From Marsupella aquatica (Eukaryota > Plantae > Marchantiophyta), in contig OZ316892.1 in assembly GCA_973895155.1 (NCBI GenBank), forward strand, positions 5,292,510 to 5,356,509: 64,000 bases of DNA. The letters run 5' to 3'. Shown here one piece after another: positions 38,606 through 50,890 of the stretch; position 1 is the first letter of the stretch, and the number at the start of each line of letters is the position of its first letter. The notes under the pieces are model-generated. The model was not told the DNA's origin and ran no database searches. It was given only the letters and a program-made list of their open reading frames with translations. The position numbers and the translations under genes are program-made.

Positions 38606-40817
38606 CTAAGCTGTTTGAGCAGCTTCAGGTGCTGCAGCTATAGAAGTATCCTTCACAAGATTCTCCTTTGTACTAGGCTCCTTCTCTTGAGCATCTAACG
38701 TAATACTTGATACACCAGGTGCCCCATCAAGCTTCCAGAACGCTGCTGTCTTCGCGTCGTCCAGCTTCATTTGATTGGCATAATCCTGGTGATTATATAA
38801 CTTCGAGTTCCGGCCTCCAAATGGAACTTCCAGCACGTCCAAGTTGAAGAACTCTTCTACTATTTTGACACTCTCAGGCTTACTAGTGTACACAAACTTC
38901 ACTTTCTTGAAAGTTTTGGGGTCCAGAACGGGCTTCACAAGCTGCAAAGTTCAGATGAGACAGAACGTCAAGAATTGTTTCTGGAGGACACGTCGTAACC
39001 AGCGATGACGCAGTAAAGCATTTGATGCAGAGAATTACAAATTTTGTCTCTGGAAACTGGCGATATTTCCGAACGATCGGTACCACACAAACACAAAAAC
39101 CAATAACTGTCAAAGTAAATCTAGAAGGGACGGAAGGGAAGAAGCTGCCAAGTTTCAAATCATCAGAAACTTACCGTCCAAAAACCCTCGAAAATTCTTG
39201 GAGGATCATAGAGGATGGCAACTTTTAGTCGCTCCGGATACATTGTCTGTAACACGTAAGCTACTTCCCGGACAGTCGCAAGCGGTACAGACTTTCTGAC
39301 TGTCCACCCCTTGAAGTCGACAAGCCAAACCATCTGCTCTTGGCCGGGAGGTAGATTTATGATCGCATTTTCCAGGGAATGCACAAGATGCTTTATCTGT
39401 CCAGCTGGGTCTGAGGTATTCTGCATTCGAATGACATGATCGATCAAGCTACAATACGTATATGATAAGGTCCACAGAGTCATCATATCCTACCCCTAAC
39501 ACTCAAACACCGGCGCATAACAGAACCTCAACCAAACACTCAAATTACGGATGGCATCAAAACTGAAAAGACGAAACTGAAGCAAGAAATTGGCCTTTCG
39601 ACTTCTTCTCATTCTTCGCAAAATACACCAAAGGAGAGGAGACATTACGTAACGAAGAAAGCTTTGAGTGCAATATTAGCACACCTGGTTTCCTGGTCTC
39701 ATGACAATAACAGTCCTGCCCCACCTATCAGCAAAATTGGCTCTGTAAACTTTTCCGGTTTCAGCCTCAATTGCTACTTGATCCTGGAGAAACCATTATT
39801 GCCACAACGAGAAAACTTAAATCAGTGTTCAACTGCGTCATGAATTTGATTCGTCTCCGAACTTTCCAGGAATGATATGTCATCATCCTCACTGTGACCT
39901 GACGAAGAGAAGACCATGGCCTAAATTAGTTCATGACGGACGTTTTATCGACAACGAGGTCGTTTATGTTTGTGCATCCCGTAGTGAAACAATTGAACAG
40001 AACAGACCTAATTACGATAAAGAGGCGAAAAGTCTCAAGTTGCAGGCCGTACTAGATACCCAGATTGAACCAGTACTCAGTCGTGCTCCACTCCAATGCC
40101 CAACTGGGCTTCATTTGTAAGAAATCATCTCGACTCTTTCCATGGACGTAGTTAATCTTGATCACGAACCCCCAAGGTCAAGATGAAGAACTGAGACAAA
40201 CGCTAGACAACTTTCATCCCGACTCTCCTGCTCTTATGAGGACTCCTCACCACTCAACACATACATGAGGCCAATCCTAATCAACAGTTATCGTAAATTC
40301 AAAATTCATTGCAGACACGGAAAATTTTAGCCACGCACCCATGTTATTTCCTCGGGTTTGTACGATGCTCTCCATTTCAGGCACTCCCTCAGCATCTTTT
40401 CAGATTTCTTGACATTAAAATTCCGAGCTCGCAGGTACCGGTGAAGGCAATCATCTGTACAGAATATTGCAGCTCGATCTGAAAGGGGACCAAGAGCTTC
40501 CCGCAATTGTGCCACCTGGGCAATCACGAGCTTAAGGCAAACATTCAGAACCCAAAGCCTTTATGAAATCAATTTTGATCCACTTGCATTAGAAGTTTGT
40601 CAAATGTCGCAGTGTAGACAAATCGAAAACATGCGAGAATACGCTTTTAGGGTAGCAGCTCGCACCCAGTGCACACCTTCGAAACTAGAACAAAGACCTC
40701 TAAATATCAACGAAAGATGGACCTTCGGGTAAATCTGAAGGATACCTTGGCTTGCTCTTCAGCCTGAGTCAGATTCTCATCCATACTCCTACTTCCATTT
40801 GATTTTAAAGTAGACAT
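38606..40817 (-). CDS. CRAL-TRIO / Sec14-like lipid transfer protein (exons 40817-40746, 40515-40339, 39783-39685, 39420-39175, 38941-38606; 309 aa)
   Basis: CRAL-TRIO N-terminal motif (DDCLHRYLRARNFNVKKSEKMLRECLKWR..YKPEEI), EAETGKVYR, MRPG, QEQMVWLVDFKGW, YPERL, FLDP-like VLDPKTFKKVKF, FGG. All introns are phase-0 GT-AG. Confidence 0.92.
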
Positions 40818-42769
40818 CTTCCCGTCTCCTACCAAGCCTCTGCAATTCATCACACCACGGCGTGAGACGGAGGAGAATCATTCCTAATACGAACACGCAT
40901 CCGGTTGTTCGATGCACTCGTGCAAAACGGGGAACTTTCGCGGTTACAGTGGGATCCATCAGTCTCTACTTTGACGAATTAAGCGAGGGTAGGCATATGG
41001 AACCCCTGCCCGCCGTCTTAGGGAAGGAGCCGTTTCAAAGCTGATTCACCGACACTCCACGCCCACACAGATTTAACCACTCTTGATAGTCAAGAAATAG
41101 AACTCTCATCATGAGTACAAGGAAAATAAAACCACGGTAAGACGGAGTCACTCCAACCCCACCCAACCCCCATCTCCCCCAACACTTCATGTGCACGACA
41201 CTAGCATCGTTCGTCCGACAAAACAATCTTTTTGAACAAAACAATCTTTTTGAACAAAACAATATTTTTGAAGGGCACTCCTTCAAAGAGTTGGTATGAC
41301 GATCTTCCGAACAGGGTAAGGAGTGAAATCCTTCCGTCAAAGCCTCAATAGGAAATTGTGAGATGTCTTGCAACTTTCAGGGCCTCCTGATGAGCTGAAT
41401 CTTTCACATGATGACTTTCGATTGCAGGAGACCCTTGGAAACGCGCGTAAGGACAGTGCTTCCCTACTTCGAGAAGTCAGGGGTGCCTGCCAATTGAATC
41501 TCACAAGCCGCTTCCCGAATTCAAGATTGAGGTGAGGCACTGGACTGGCAGCCAGATGAACTAACGATCTAACTTCACCGACGGGACGATGACTCAAATA
41601 CGTCATCCACCTCTGCCCTTCTCTTGTAATCACGCTGCCTAAGGTTCCATCTACTGTTAAATTGCCACATTTTTTCCAATCGCATCGTCATCATCACCCA
41701 GATAGTGCCGAAGCCTCACGAGTAGGCTTGAAGGTCGACCAGAGGACCACCACGAGAATCCAGTCGTACCTAGATCGCAGTCAGATACCTCGGAGAAGCA
41801 CCTCAGCAAATGTAAAGCATCCATCAGCAGGGGACGAGTGACGCAACCTATACAGAGAAGGAGCAGGACTGTCACTGACCTCGAGGGCGTCCAGTCAAGT
41901 GATGACGTTCGTTCGTCCGGTGGTCACCGACAACGAGGACCACGAGATCCGATCAACAAGTCACGAACGCTCTCGCCTTTACCAAATCAATCACGAACGC
42001 TGCTCCCTCCCAAAATCAATCATGAACTCTCGCTCCTTTACCGAATCCCTCCGATTCCTCAACACCTCGCAACACCCACACGGGAGAAGGAGAAATTCCA
42101 AATTTCCAAAACGACGAACTTCACCTTTCTCTGGCCGATGCCACTGCTATTGCACTACTACTTCCACTACAATTGCGCCAAACGCGACCGCCACCTCCAA
42201 AACGAAGATTTCGTTCCCTGCACAACCTCGTTTCTCCTCCTTCTCTGCGTCTCAAACCGTCGGTTCCAGGCACAGAAAGACAGTGGCTGCCTTCTTCGAT
42301 ATTATACTCTCCAATCACTCTACAAATCTCGTCGAGCAATCGATGCACGCGCTACTCAAATCCCAAGGCACTCAGGAAACGAGCTCCGTCTTCCAATCTT
42401 CCTTCTTCTCCTCCCACTTCTTCCCCTCCCTCCCTCCCTCCCTCTCTCTCTCCCTCCCGCGCAGCTTCTGCTCAACGAGAGCGGAGTGGCGCAGAAGCAC
42501 ATCAATCACTCAATCAATCAATTAAATGGAAGCAATCAACAAACACATCTCCAATACGGCTCTGATGCTCTGGGCTTCGTCGTCACCTCGCCTCCTCCAT
42601 CCGCCATTGCGATTCCGAAAGACGCGCTCAGCTTTCTCGTCGTCTGTCAGTCTACTACTACTGTAGTGTGCGCCTCGTGAGCTCGAGCGAATGGGCGATG
42701 CGAAGACTGATGTCGCTCTGCACTCTCGACCTCAGAGGCTCTCGCCACTCGAGGAGGGGCGAGCACAGA

Positions 42770-44060
42770 TAAATAATATATGGACACGAAATAGTGCCAT
42801 TTTTCAGGGTTTTGTTCCTCTTGGTAGGTATCTGTCGGATGATCCCCCAAAATGGGTAGGTACAATTGTGTAACACCCCCAAAATTAAAAGTGTTATTTG
42901 ATAGACCCATCCATCCATATATATAATATATGGACTAGAAATAGTGCCATTTTTCAGGGTTTTTCTCTTTTGGTAGGTGTCTGTCAGAAGACCCCCAAAA
43001 CCGGTAGGTGCAATTGTGTAAGACCCCCAACATTAGAAGTGTTATTTGATAAACCCATCCATATAAGAAAGGACACGAAAACAGAATATCATTTTGAAGG
43101 TTTTTCCTTGTTGGTGGAGGTTTATGTTTGATGGGCCCCAATATGAAAAGTTTTATTTGATAGACCCATCCATATAGCAAAGCACACAAAATAGAGTCAT
43201 TTTAAGGTTTTGTCTGTTTTGTCAAGGTATATGCTTGATGGACCCCCCAAATGACAGGTGTTACTTGATAGACCCATCGATATAACAAAGGACACGAAAA
43301 AGTTCCGTTTTTAAGGTCATCCCAAAGACAAAACCTTACAAATGAGAAGCGTTCCTTCATATACCCATTCAGAGAACAAATGACACATAAGTGTCATTTT
43401 GGGTGTCATTTGTAAGGTTTTGTCTTTTTTGCCAAGGTATATGCTTGATGGACCCCCAAAATGAAAAGTATTACTTAATAGGCCCATCCATATAACAATG
43501 GACACGAAAGAGCAAACATAGACCCCCAAATGAAAAGTGTTACTTGATAGACCCGTCAATATCACAAAGGACACTAAACAGTGTCAATTTAAAGGTTTTG
43601 TCTACTTTACCAAAGTATATGCTTAATGGACCCCCAAAATGAGAAGTGTTATTTAATAGACCTATCCATATAACAAAGGACACAAAACAATGTCAATTTT
43701 AAAGGTTTTTTTCTTTTTTGCTGAGGTATATGTTTGATCAAACCGCAAAATGAAAAGTGTTACTTACTAGACCCATCCGTATAACAAAGGACACAACACA
43801 GTGTCAATTTAAAAGGTTTGTCCTTTTTTGCTGAGGTATACGCTGATTGACCCCCAAAATGAAAATGAAAAGTGTTACTAGATCCATTCATGTAAGAAAG
43901 GACACAAAACAATCTCATTATTTAGGTTTTTCTTTTTCTTGGTTGAGGCATATGCTTGAGAACCCCCAAATTGAGAAATGTTACTTGATAGCCCCATCCA
44001 TATAATAAAGGACACACAACAGTGTAATTTTTAGGGTTTTTCCTTTTTAGTCTAGATATA
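42770..44060. repeat. Diverged tandem satellite, ~110-bp unit, ~10 copies
   Basis: Recurrent gacccatccatataacaaaggacac...aaggttttgtc...aaggtatatgcttgatggacccccaaaatgaaaagtgttacttgata. Anchor motif at 43163, 43271, 43549, 43659, 43770, 43881 and 43991. A further worn copy lies at ~44310-44362. Confidence 0.9.
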
Positions 44061-47000
44061 AGTTGAACGATGCTTAAGGTTGTTTTACTGGTTCCAAGGA
44101 AAGACTTAAAAGTTTTGTTAAAGAACATAAATAAGGTCTTTCAAATCCAATTTCTGAGACATATAAGAAAATAAAGCTTCTAAAAACTAATTCCTGCATT
44201 ATTCAACTTAGTATGATTGGGTAAACGTTACAATTAAAAAGACTTTGTTTCTTTAAGTTTTATGGTGTAGGGTCTGCCCTAGAATAGTGGTGATATGGTG
44301 GGCTCCTTAAGGATATATGCTTGATGGACCACAAAATTAAAAGTGTTATTAAATGGACCCCATGAGTGATCAATAACCCTTGATTCCTTGGACTTTAAAT
44401 CAATGTCATTACCCAAAACCTCATGGGGTTGGTTGTGGAGTACACTTTGGTCTGAGTCCATCAATTCCTACTTTTTGGCCTTAATAGCAAAGAACACTTT
44501 GTGTGAAATAGATGACACTGCCTAGGAGTATTGTTTAACTACTTTTCTTAGCCTACTTTCTGACCTGTCAGATCTCTCTAGATTTAAGGATGACCCTTAG
44601 ATTCCAACTATTTTTCGCCAAAAGTGGCAAGGACTTTTTAGAGTGGTGGAATCTAGTTAACTTTGGCCAACTTAATAACCATTGCATGATAGGATGCAAC
44701 CTTTTGTAGTAGAAAGAGGATCAATTTACTAAAATAGGGCCAAATAAAGTGTAATGGAAATGGAGTAGAGGCAAAAGAGGTCCAAACTCAAATCAAGAGG
44801 GCAAAATAGGGCAGCTCAGAACTCGACTGCGGGCCAGAGTTACTAATTCAGGGTGAATCCTGAAAATCTGGTTATGGGACTAAGCTAACAGGTTTTTTAA
44901 ATGAGGGGACAAATCATTGACCTGGCCCTATTAAGAAGTTACGGCCTATTAACCTCTGGTTTTGCTGTGATTTGCATGGACTTAGGTTATTATTTATCTT
45001 TGCATTGATTTTATTTTTGCAGTATGATTTTGCCAAAGCATATTTCAGCTATTTGATCTTCTTGATTCAGTTTGTTCTCCTTCATGTGTACTACTTTTTC
45101 TCTCATTGTTTCCTAGTAAAACTTAACCCCGGGCTTTTGAACACTAAAGTAATTCATGCATGCTAAGGCCAAGGATTTTGTAGAAGAACCGTAGGCACCC
45201 ACCTTCTTTCCATTGGGCAAAAAACTTCCTCTGTTCAATTGACTTGGCCTTTCCCTCCTCCTCTCTTAAAAACGTTGTAAAACTCCTTAGCCTCTTTCAT
45301 GCCTTAGAAAAGAAACTCCAAGACATTCTAGCTGGGATGGAAATAAAGGTCCTATCCAACCAAATAGCTTTGTTGCTACTGTTTCGTCGTAAGCGGAAGC
45401 TTGAAATGGACACAAACAGTTGACACTACTACTTGAATGGGATACAATAAAAATACAGTGTCAATATACTCCTATAACGTTCCTATGTCATGATTGATAT
45501 GAATGCAGAGGAGGTTATATACATGGAAAACCATTTCCTTGATTGGATGAGAAGGGTTGTTGTTGCATGTTAATAGAATACTAGAGGAATCCACTGGAAA
45601 AGATTTATTTATTTTGGTCAAATGCATGTGTACATGTCATCTTCAGAACAGAAATGCAAAACTTGCTATGCAAGTAAATATAAGCAATTTATTTTTCCAT
45701 TAGAGTTTTGCATGTCCACTTGGGCATCAGGGTGTACAGTCCATAGAAGCTTCCACTTAGATCCCTTGACACAAAAATAGAAATCATTGTTAGTCAAGGG
45801 CCTAGAACAATTCTGTCCCCGTGTTAGTAATGCCTGGACCGTGACACCCAGGCACTACTAACACCTTCACTCCTTTATACCCTTCTGGTTTCCCAAGAGT
45901 TTTAACACAACATTTGACCTTCAATATCTCTGTTGGTATCCAACAATCAGCTGTTTTTGGCAACTTGAAAAGATCTGGCCTGTGAGCCTAATATCTTCAA
46001 TTTCATTGAGAATTGAGGGACCTACAACTTTCCAAATATGACCATCTAGTTTTCTTGTCCCATTTCACTCAGAAAACTTGTTTCAATCTATGGTATCATT
46101 TATTTTTTGTTTCTATGGTATCACCCATATGTGCAATATATACCATATAAACAAAATCAAAAAAGTATTTCTTTGCACTCCATCCTGGCTGCCAAAGTAT
46201 ATTTGAGCATTTTGGCAAACGTGGAGATACGTGGGGCAACATTAATTGTAGTGGCAAAAATTTGTTTAGATTCCACCTCTCTAAAAAGCCTTAATTAAGT
46301 GGAAATTTTTTCTATTTAGCTACACACCCCCATCTGCCCAGTCTGCCCCTTCACAGAAGTCACATTTGCCAGAAAGAACAAAAAATATAAAAAAATAACT
46401 CCCATGAGACTTCATTTTCAAGCTTCCATTTCTTTCACACAATACTAAAATCCATATAACTAATCGCAATGAGAAGTTATTTTTTTCTAAAATCAAGCCT
46501 CTACTCCGCGACTCTAGGGTCACATCATTTTCATGTGGATTGAGAAAAATATAAAATATTATGTATAATGATCAGATCATGCATAATTAATTTTGTAATC
46601 ATCATTTTTTATTAATATTAAAAAATGAACATTAGACTCGAGTAAATTATATTGAGGTTATTAAAGAAAGGAAAGAGGCAAGGAAGGGTGGGCCTGCCTA
46701 CTTGTCAGCCTCCCAGTCTGCCACTCAAACAGAAATCAGATAAAGCAGCACACTCCAGAACCACGTCGTGTCTCGTTCCCCAAAAAGGCATAAAGTGTCT
46801 TGAGGAAATAGAAACAAATTGCCATTGAAAAATGTGAGGATGAAAAGTCAATCTGGTCCGAACTCGGGCTATAAATAGTTACGGTGTATCTAACGGCCTA
46901 TCATTGACCATCAATTGTATTATTCAACAGACAACAGTAAAGATTCCTCAGTGTACCACGCAATTGCTATGGAAAGGACGATAACTGGGGTCGACCAATT

Positions 47001-47424
47001 AATATTACTGCAGTTCTGTCGTGCTTGATATTTTTTGTTGTTATTTTCCCTTTTTCTCGGGTATAATTAAGAGGCGAAGGAAACTCCCGTAGACACGTAG
47101 GTTCGTTCTGGAACTTAGGCAGGTCACAATCTAACCAAAGTGTTACCAAACAGTAGCAAAGTACAGAAAAAATAAATTATGATTAGAATTCGATGTTGAT
47201 TGTGTTTATCGTCGTCTTAGTAGTTAATTTGGCCAAAAACTCTGCCTTCGCCAAAACCTTCAGCCACTTTTGGCTAAAAGTTCACCAGTTTTTGGGTTTC
47301 GATCTAAATGAAGTGTAAAGAATTAAAATAAAGCCTAGCATCTCATCCTTCATAGAAGATTATATATCACGTTCATTCTGGAACATACTATTCTGGAACA
47401 TACTTCAATCATTGTGTTATATGA

Positions 47425-47670
47425 TAAGTAAATGATTCTTGGATAGTATTTGATATTTTGATAGGTCGGATTGCATGGGAGGAGTACAGTACATGCCAAA
47501 TAAAAATACATTTCACATAATGACCAGTAAATGACTATTGGGTAGTATTTGATAAGATTGAATGGAAAAAGTACAAATAAATGATTATTGGATAGTATTT
47601 GATAGGATTGGATGGGAGAAATACAGCACATGCGAAATAAAAATACATTTTACATAATGATCAGTATTAT
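47425..47670. repeat. AT-rich tandem repeat, ~3 diverged units
   Basis: taaatga.ta/cttgg.tagtatttgata occurs three times and aaataaaaatacattt.acataatga.cagta twice. Confidence 0.7.
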
Positions 47671-48338
47671 AAGTACACAAGTCTTGAAAAGTGCACATAG
47701 ATTGGATTGGTAATATAACACTGTCAATCTACTTATTATAATATGCTATCCCGTCTGTTTTGCGAATAGTCTACTTCCTAATTCACAAATTGACAGGAGC
47801 AAATTGTGTCCATTGGATTGGAAGGTGTTCAATGGAAAAGTGAGCCCCTCTCAATATACAGTTTCACGGGACTACTCTTTTCTTGCTTGCCGTGCCTTGG
47901 TAAGACCACGGCTCCTCCCTTCTTGCTCTTTGCCTACATGTTAAAATGCTCAGACTGAATATTTACTCATACTGCCACATCATCCTCACACAAAGCTGAT
48001 TGGTCCAGGCGTTAGACGCTGATGCCCTCGATGCCAGGATCTGACACCCTCCTTGCCCCGACACCTGCCATGGGCGTAAAGGCCCATGTTGGGCCTGACG
48101 GCCTCCCAGCCGCGACGCCCACCTGGGGCTCGATGCCATGCTGGGGGGCCAATTCCCTCTTGCTGCCCTCCCCGAACTCTGCCTCCAAGCCGCACTGCCC
48201 TCGTATCTCCGATAGAACCCCATAAATCCTAAGAAGGCTCTCACTTGCCTTACATTGGACGGGCGCTCCCATTCTTTGATCTCCTTAAGCTTGTCCTGAC
48301 TAGGCGTAATCCCTTCCGGGGTAAAGGTATGGCCGAGG

Positions 48339-48986
48339 TGTTAGATATTGCTCTAGTCTTGTGACTCACGAGCTAACCATAGTTAGTCTAACTCGGGTTA
48401 GGACTTAGCTAATGTTAGCGATAGTGCTGGTTGTTGAACTAAGACGTCATTCGCAACGACCATACAACCATGACTCATTCCATGCACACGTAGTCGACAC
48501 AATCTCTACGTGGTTCACCTCTTCTCCAAGGCTAGTAAATGAACACACATGCTCTCCCTCTTCCTCAAGTTGCTCCGTTACAATGAGTAAGCACCACACA
48601 CCAGCGGCTTACACTAGCCCTGGTATATACAAGGTCACACACGACTAACCTAACCTCAGCTAAGATCCTAACTGTGGTTAGCCTAAGTGCCGTAACCTAT
48701 GAGTCACAAGACTAAGAGCAATCCTTAACACTGGTGTGCATATAGCCAAGGCTGATGCCAGACCCTGGTGGAACTTAGGCTCATTGTTACGGAGCTAGTT
48801 GAGAGATAGAGAGAGCTTGTGCTGTGGATGCTTGGTATGGCCGGTCGGCCTAGAGTGCAGTAAAGCTCTTGTGTGTTCCCGTGGATGTAGCCTCATGTGG
48901 AGGTGAACCACGTATCTCTCTGTGTCGACCATTGTGCGTTGGATGGTTCATGGGCTTGCCGTTACAAATGTCGTCTATGCTCAACA
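48339..48986 (+). repeat. Copia 5' LTR (648 bp, including the nested solo LTR and its TSD)
   Basis: Aligns to the 3' LTR after removing 304 bp. About 12 substitutions and one 3-bp indel over 344 bp by manual count. Confidence 0.95.
48432..48730 (-). mobile_element. Solo LTR (299 bp) of a related copia family, inserted in inverted orientation
   Basis: TG...CA ends with TSD CTGGT at 48427-48431 and 48731-48735. The empty site is present in the 3' LTR. Its reverse complement shares blocks with the host LTR (ttgctc.tagtcttgtgactca, ctcattgt.acggagc, gaggtgaaccacgta). Confidence 0.93.
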
Positions 48987-50890
48987 AGTGGTATTAGAGC
49001 ATGCCTGGGAGGTGACAAGGTTTTTTCGTGACAGGTTTTTTCCAGCGTTCATTGTTGATGGTACATTCAGGGTTTCGTCGCATGAAACTCGAATGTGTGT
49101 GGCTGTGAGGATAGGTTAGTGAGAGGGCTTTCTAATGGTGGTTAGAACTTGCTGATCGGTATCCGTGGTGCGGAGGAATGGAAGTTTGCGTCGTTCAGGG
49201 TTTATTCATGTTCGACGGTATTTTGGGGGAGAGACCAGAGTTTGCATTTTTCAACGGTGTGAGTTGTGCGGTGCTCGGGAGATCGCACATTATAGCTCAA
49301 GTTGAAGGTTGAAGCGAGCTGGTCATTTCGGTAGCTGAGTTGCTGCCGAGTTGTTACCGAGTGCGTCGTGACGAGTGAAGGAGGCGTTCAGGTTTTTTCA
49401 CAAGCTATGGAGCTTGTTCTCATCTGAACCGGGTTTCTCTTCGTGACGTCCGACTCGGTGGAAGAAACGGGAAGTGCTACGGCTCAACGGTTTGATCACG
49501 GCGAGGCGGTCGTTTTGAGTCCGGGATTGGCACTTGACGTGGAGTGAACGCGTCGCGGCGGAATTTTTTTACTCTGTTGGAGCTGCGGACTGTGCCGGTG
49601 CAATTCGGCAACATTTCCTATCGGCGGCGTTCACTTTTCTCATTGGTAATGGCGGCGGCAAGGTGAGTAAATCGGGCAAATTTGTTTTTGAGCAAAATTT
49701 TTGGTTCAAGGGGGTCCTTTGGTGTGTGTATACACACCTGTTTCCCCCTCCCGGCCCCTCGTCCTTAACCTCGTACCCGGCCCCCCGTTACCCCGCTTGT
49801 TTCCCCCCCTCCCCCTCCCGCACCCCAATTTTTTCCTTTTATGCCTCCCTCCGCAGCGCCGGCCGGCGCTTATTTAGCCGCTCGCCGGCTGCTGCTCCCC
49901 ACCCCATTACGCTCCCCCCTTCGCCAGCCTTACGAAGCCGGCCACCCCCTCGGAAAGGGCATTCAGCCGGGGCACCTCCCTCGCGAAGGGCTGCCAGCGC
50001 GCGCCCGCCCCTTTAGCGCCCCATTTCGTGACAAAATACGCGGCTGCGTATTCAGCCGATTTGACCCCCGCGCCCTCCTGTACCCCACGTGAGTGCCCTG
50101 TATACTCCCTGGCCCGCCTCGCATCGCCTATACGCGATGCGGATGCACCTTTGTTTTTTATACTTGTATTTAGTGATAAGGGGCTTTAGCACCCCCTTAA
50201 GGCCCTATTTTAAGCTTTTTCTTTCTCCTTTGCTTTTCCTCTTATGCCAGGACCTGCCGCCCTCCGTTTTAACCGCTTGGACAGGGGGAACGACCCCCTG
50301 TGAGCCTTGTCGGACTATGCAGGAATATTCCTGAAAAAAATAGAGAGCTATTTCTGGCCGTCCGACAAAGCTTTCGTCCGTCAAACGGTAACTTTTTTGG
50401 TTCTTTTTCGGTGAGGACGTTGCCACTGGAGTTAGCAATGTGGCGCACCGATCACCTCGCAATTCCGACGACGGGTTGTATTGGGTATTTCGGTTATTCT
50501 CCAAGGTGGTCATAACGGGGGAGTTTCCCAAGGTTTTACCCACCCCAACCAAAATTTGAATAACTTTTCCGTCGAATTTTGATTTTGATTTTGGCTTTCA
50601 GTATTGGACTCCTAGCTTCGTGGGCTACACGGTGGTGTTGAGTTTTGAGTTTTGTGAGAAGTTTCAAAAAAGACGTTTTTTCGTGATTGTTTCATATGAG
50701 TGACTCAGAGGATACTGGAAGAATTGGCGTCGGTGGAGCTTCAGGATTGCGATGATCAGACGCTGGGTCTGAGGAGGAGTTGCTACCGTTTGAGGAGGAA
50801 CTTGTAACACCGGTACGATCACCGGTGCGACATGCAGTGGAGGAAGCTGTATTACTACCAAAGTTGTCGGTAGTTGGGAAGAAGAGGGAG

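Noticed and set aside
41838-42680. 280-aa and overlapping 208-aa plus-strand ORFs
   Set aside because: Low-complexity CT-rich sequence with no recognisable domain and several frames open at once. More likely the antisense of the CRAL-TRIO 5' leader region.
49534-50016. 160-aa Pro-rich ORF in the copia leader
   Set aside because: Starts at TTG and is explained by GC-rich composition. No domain was recognised.
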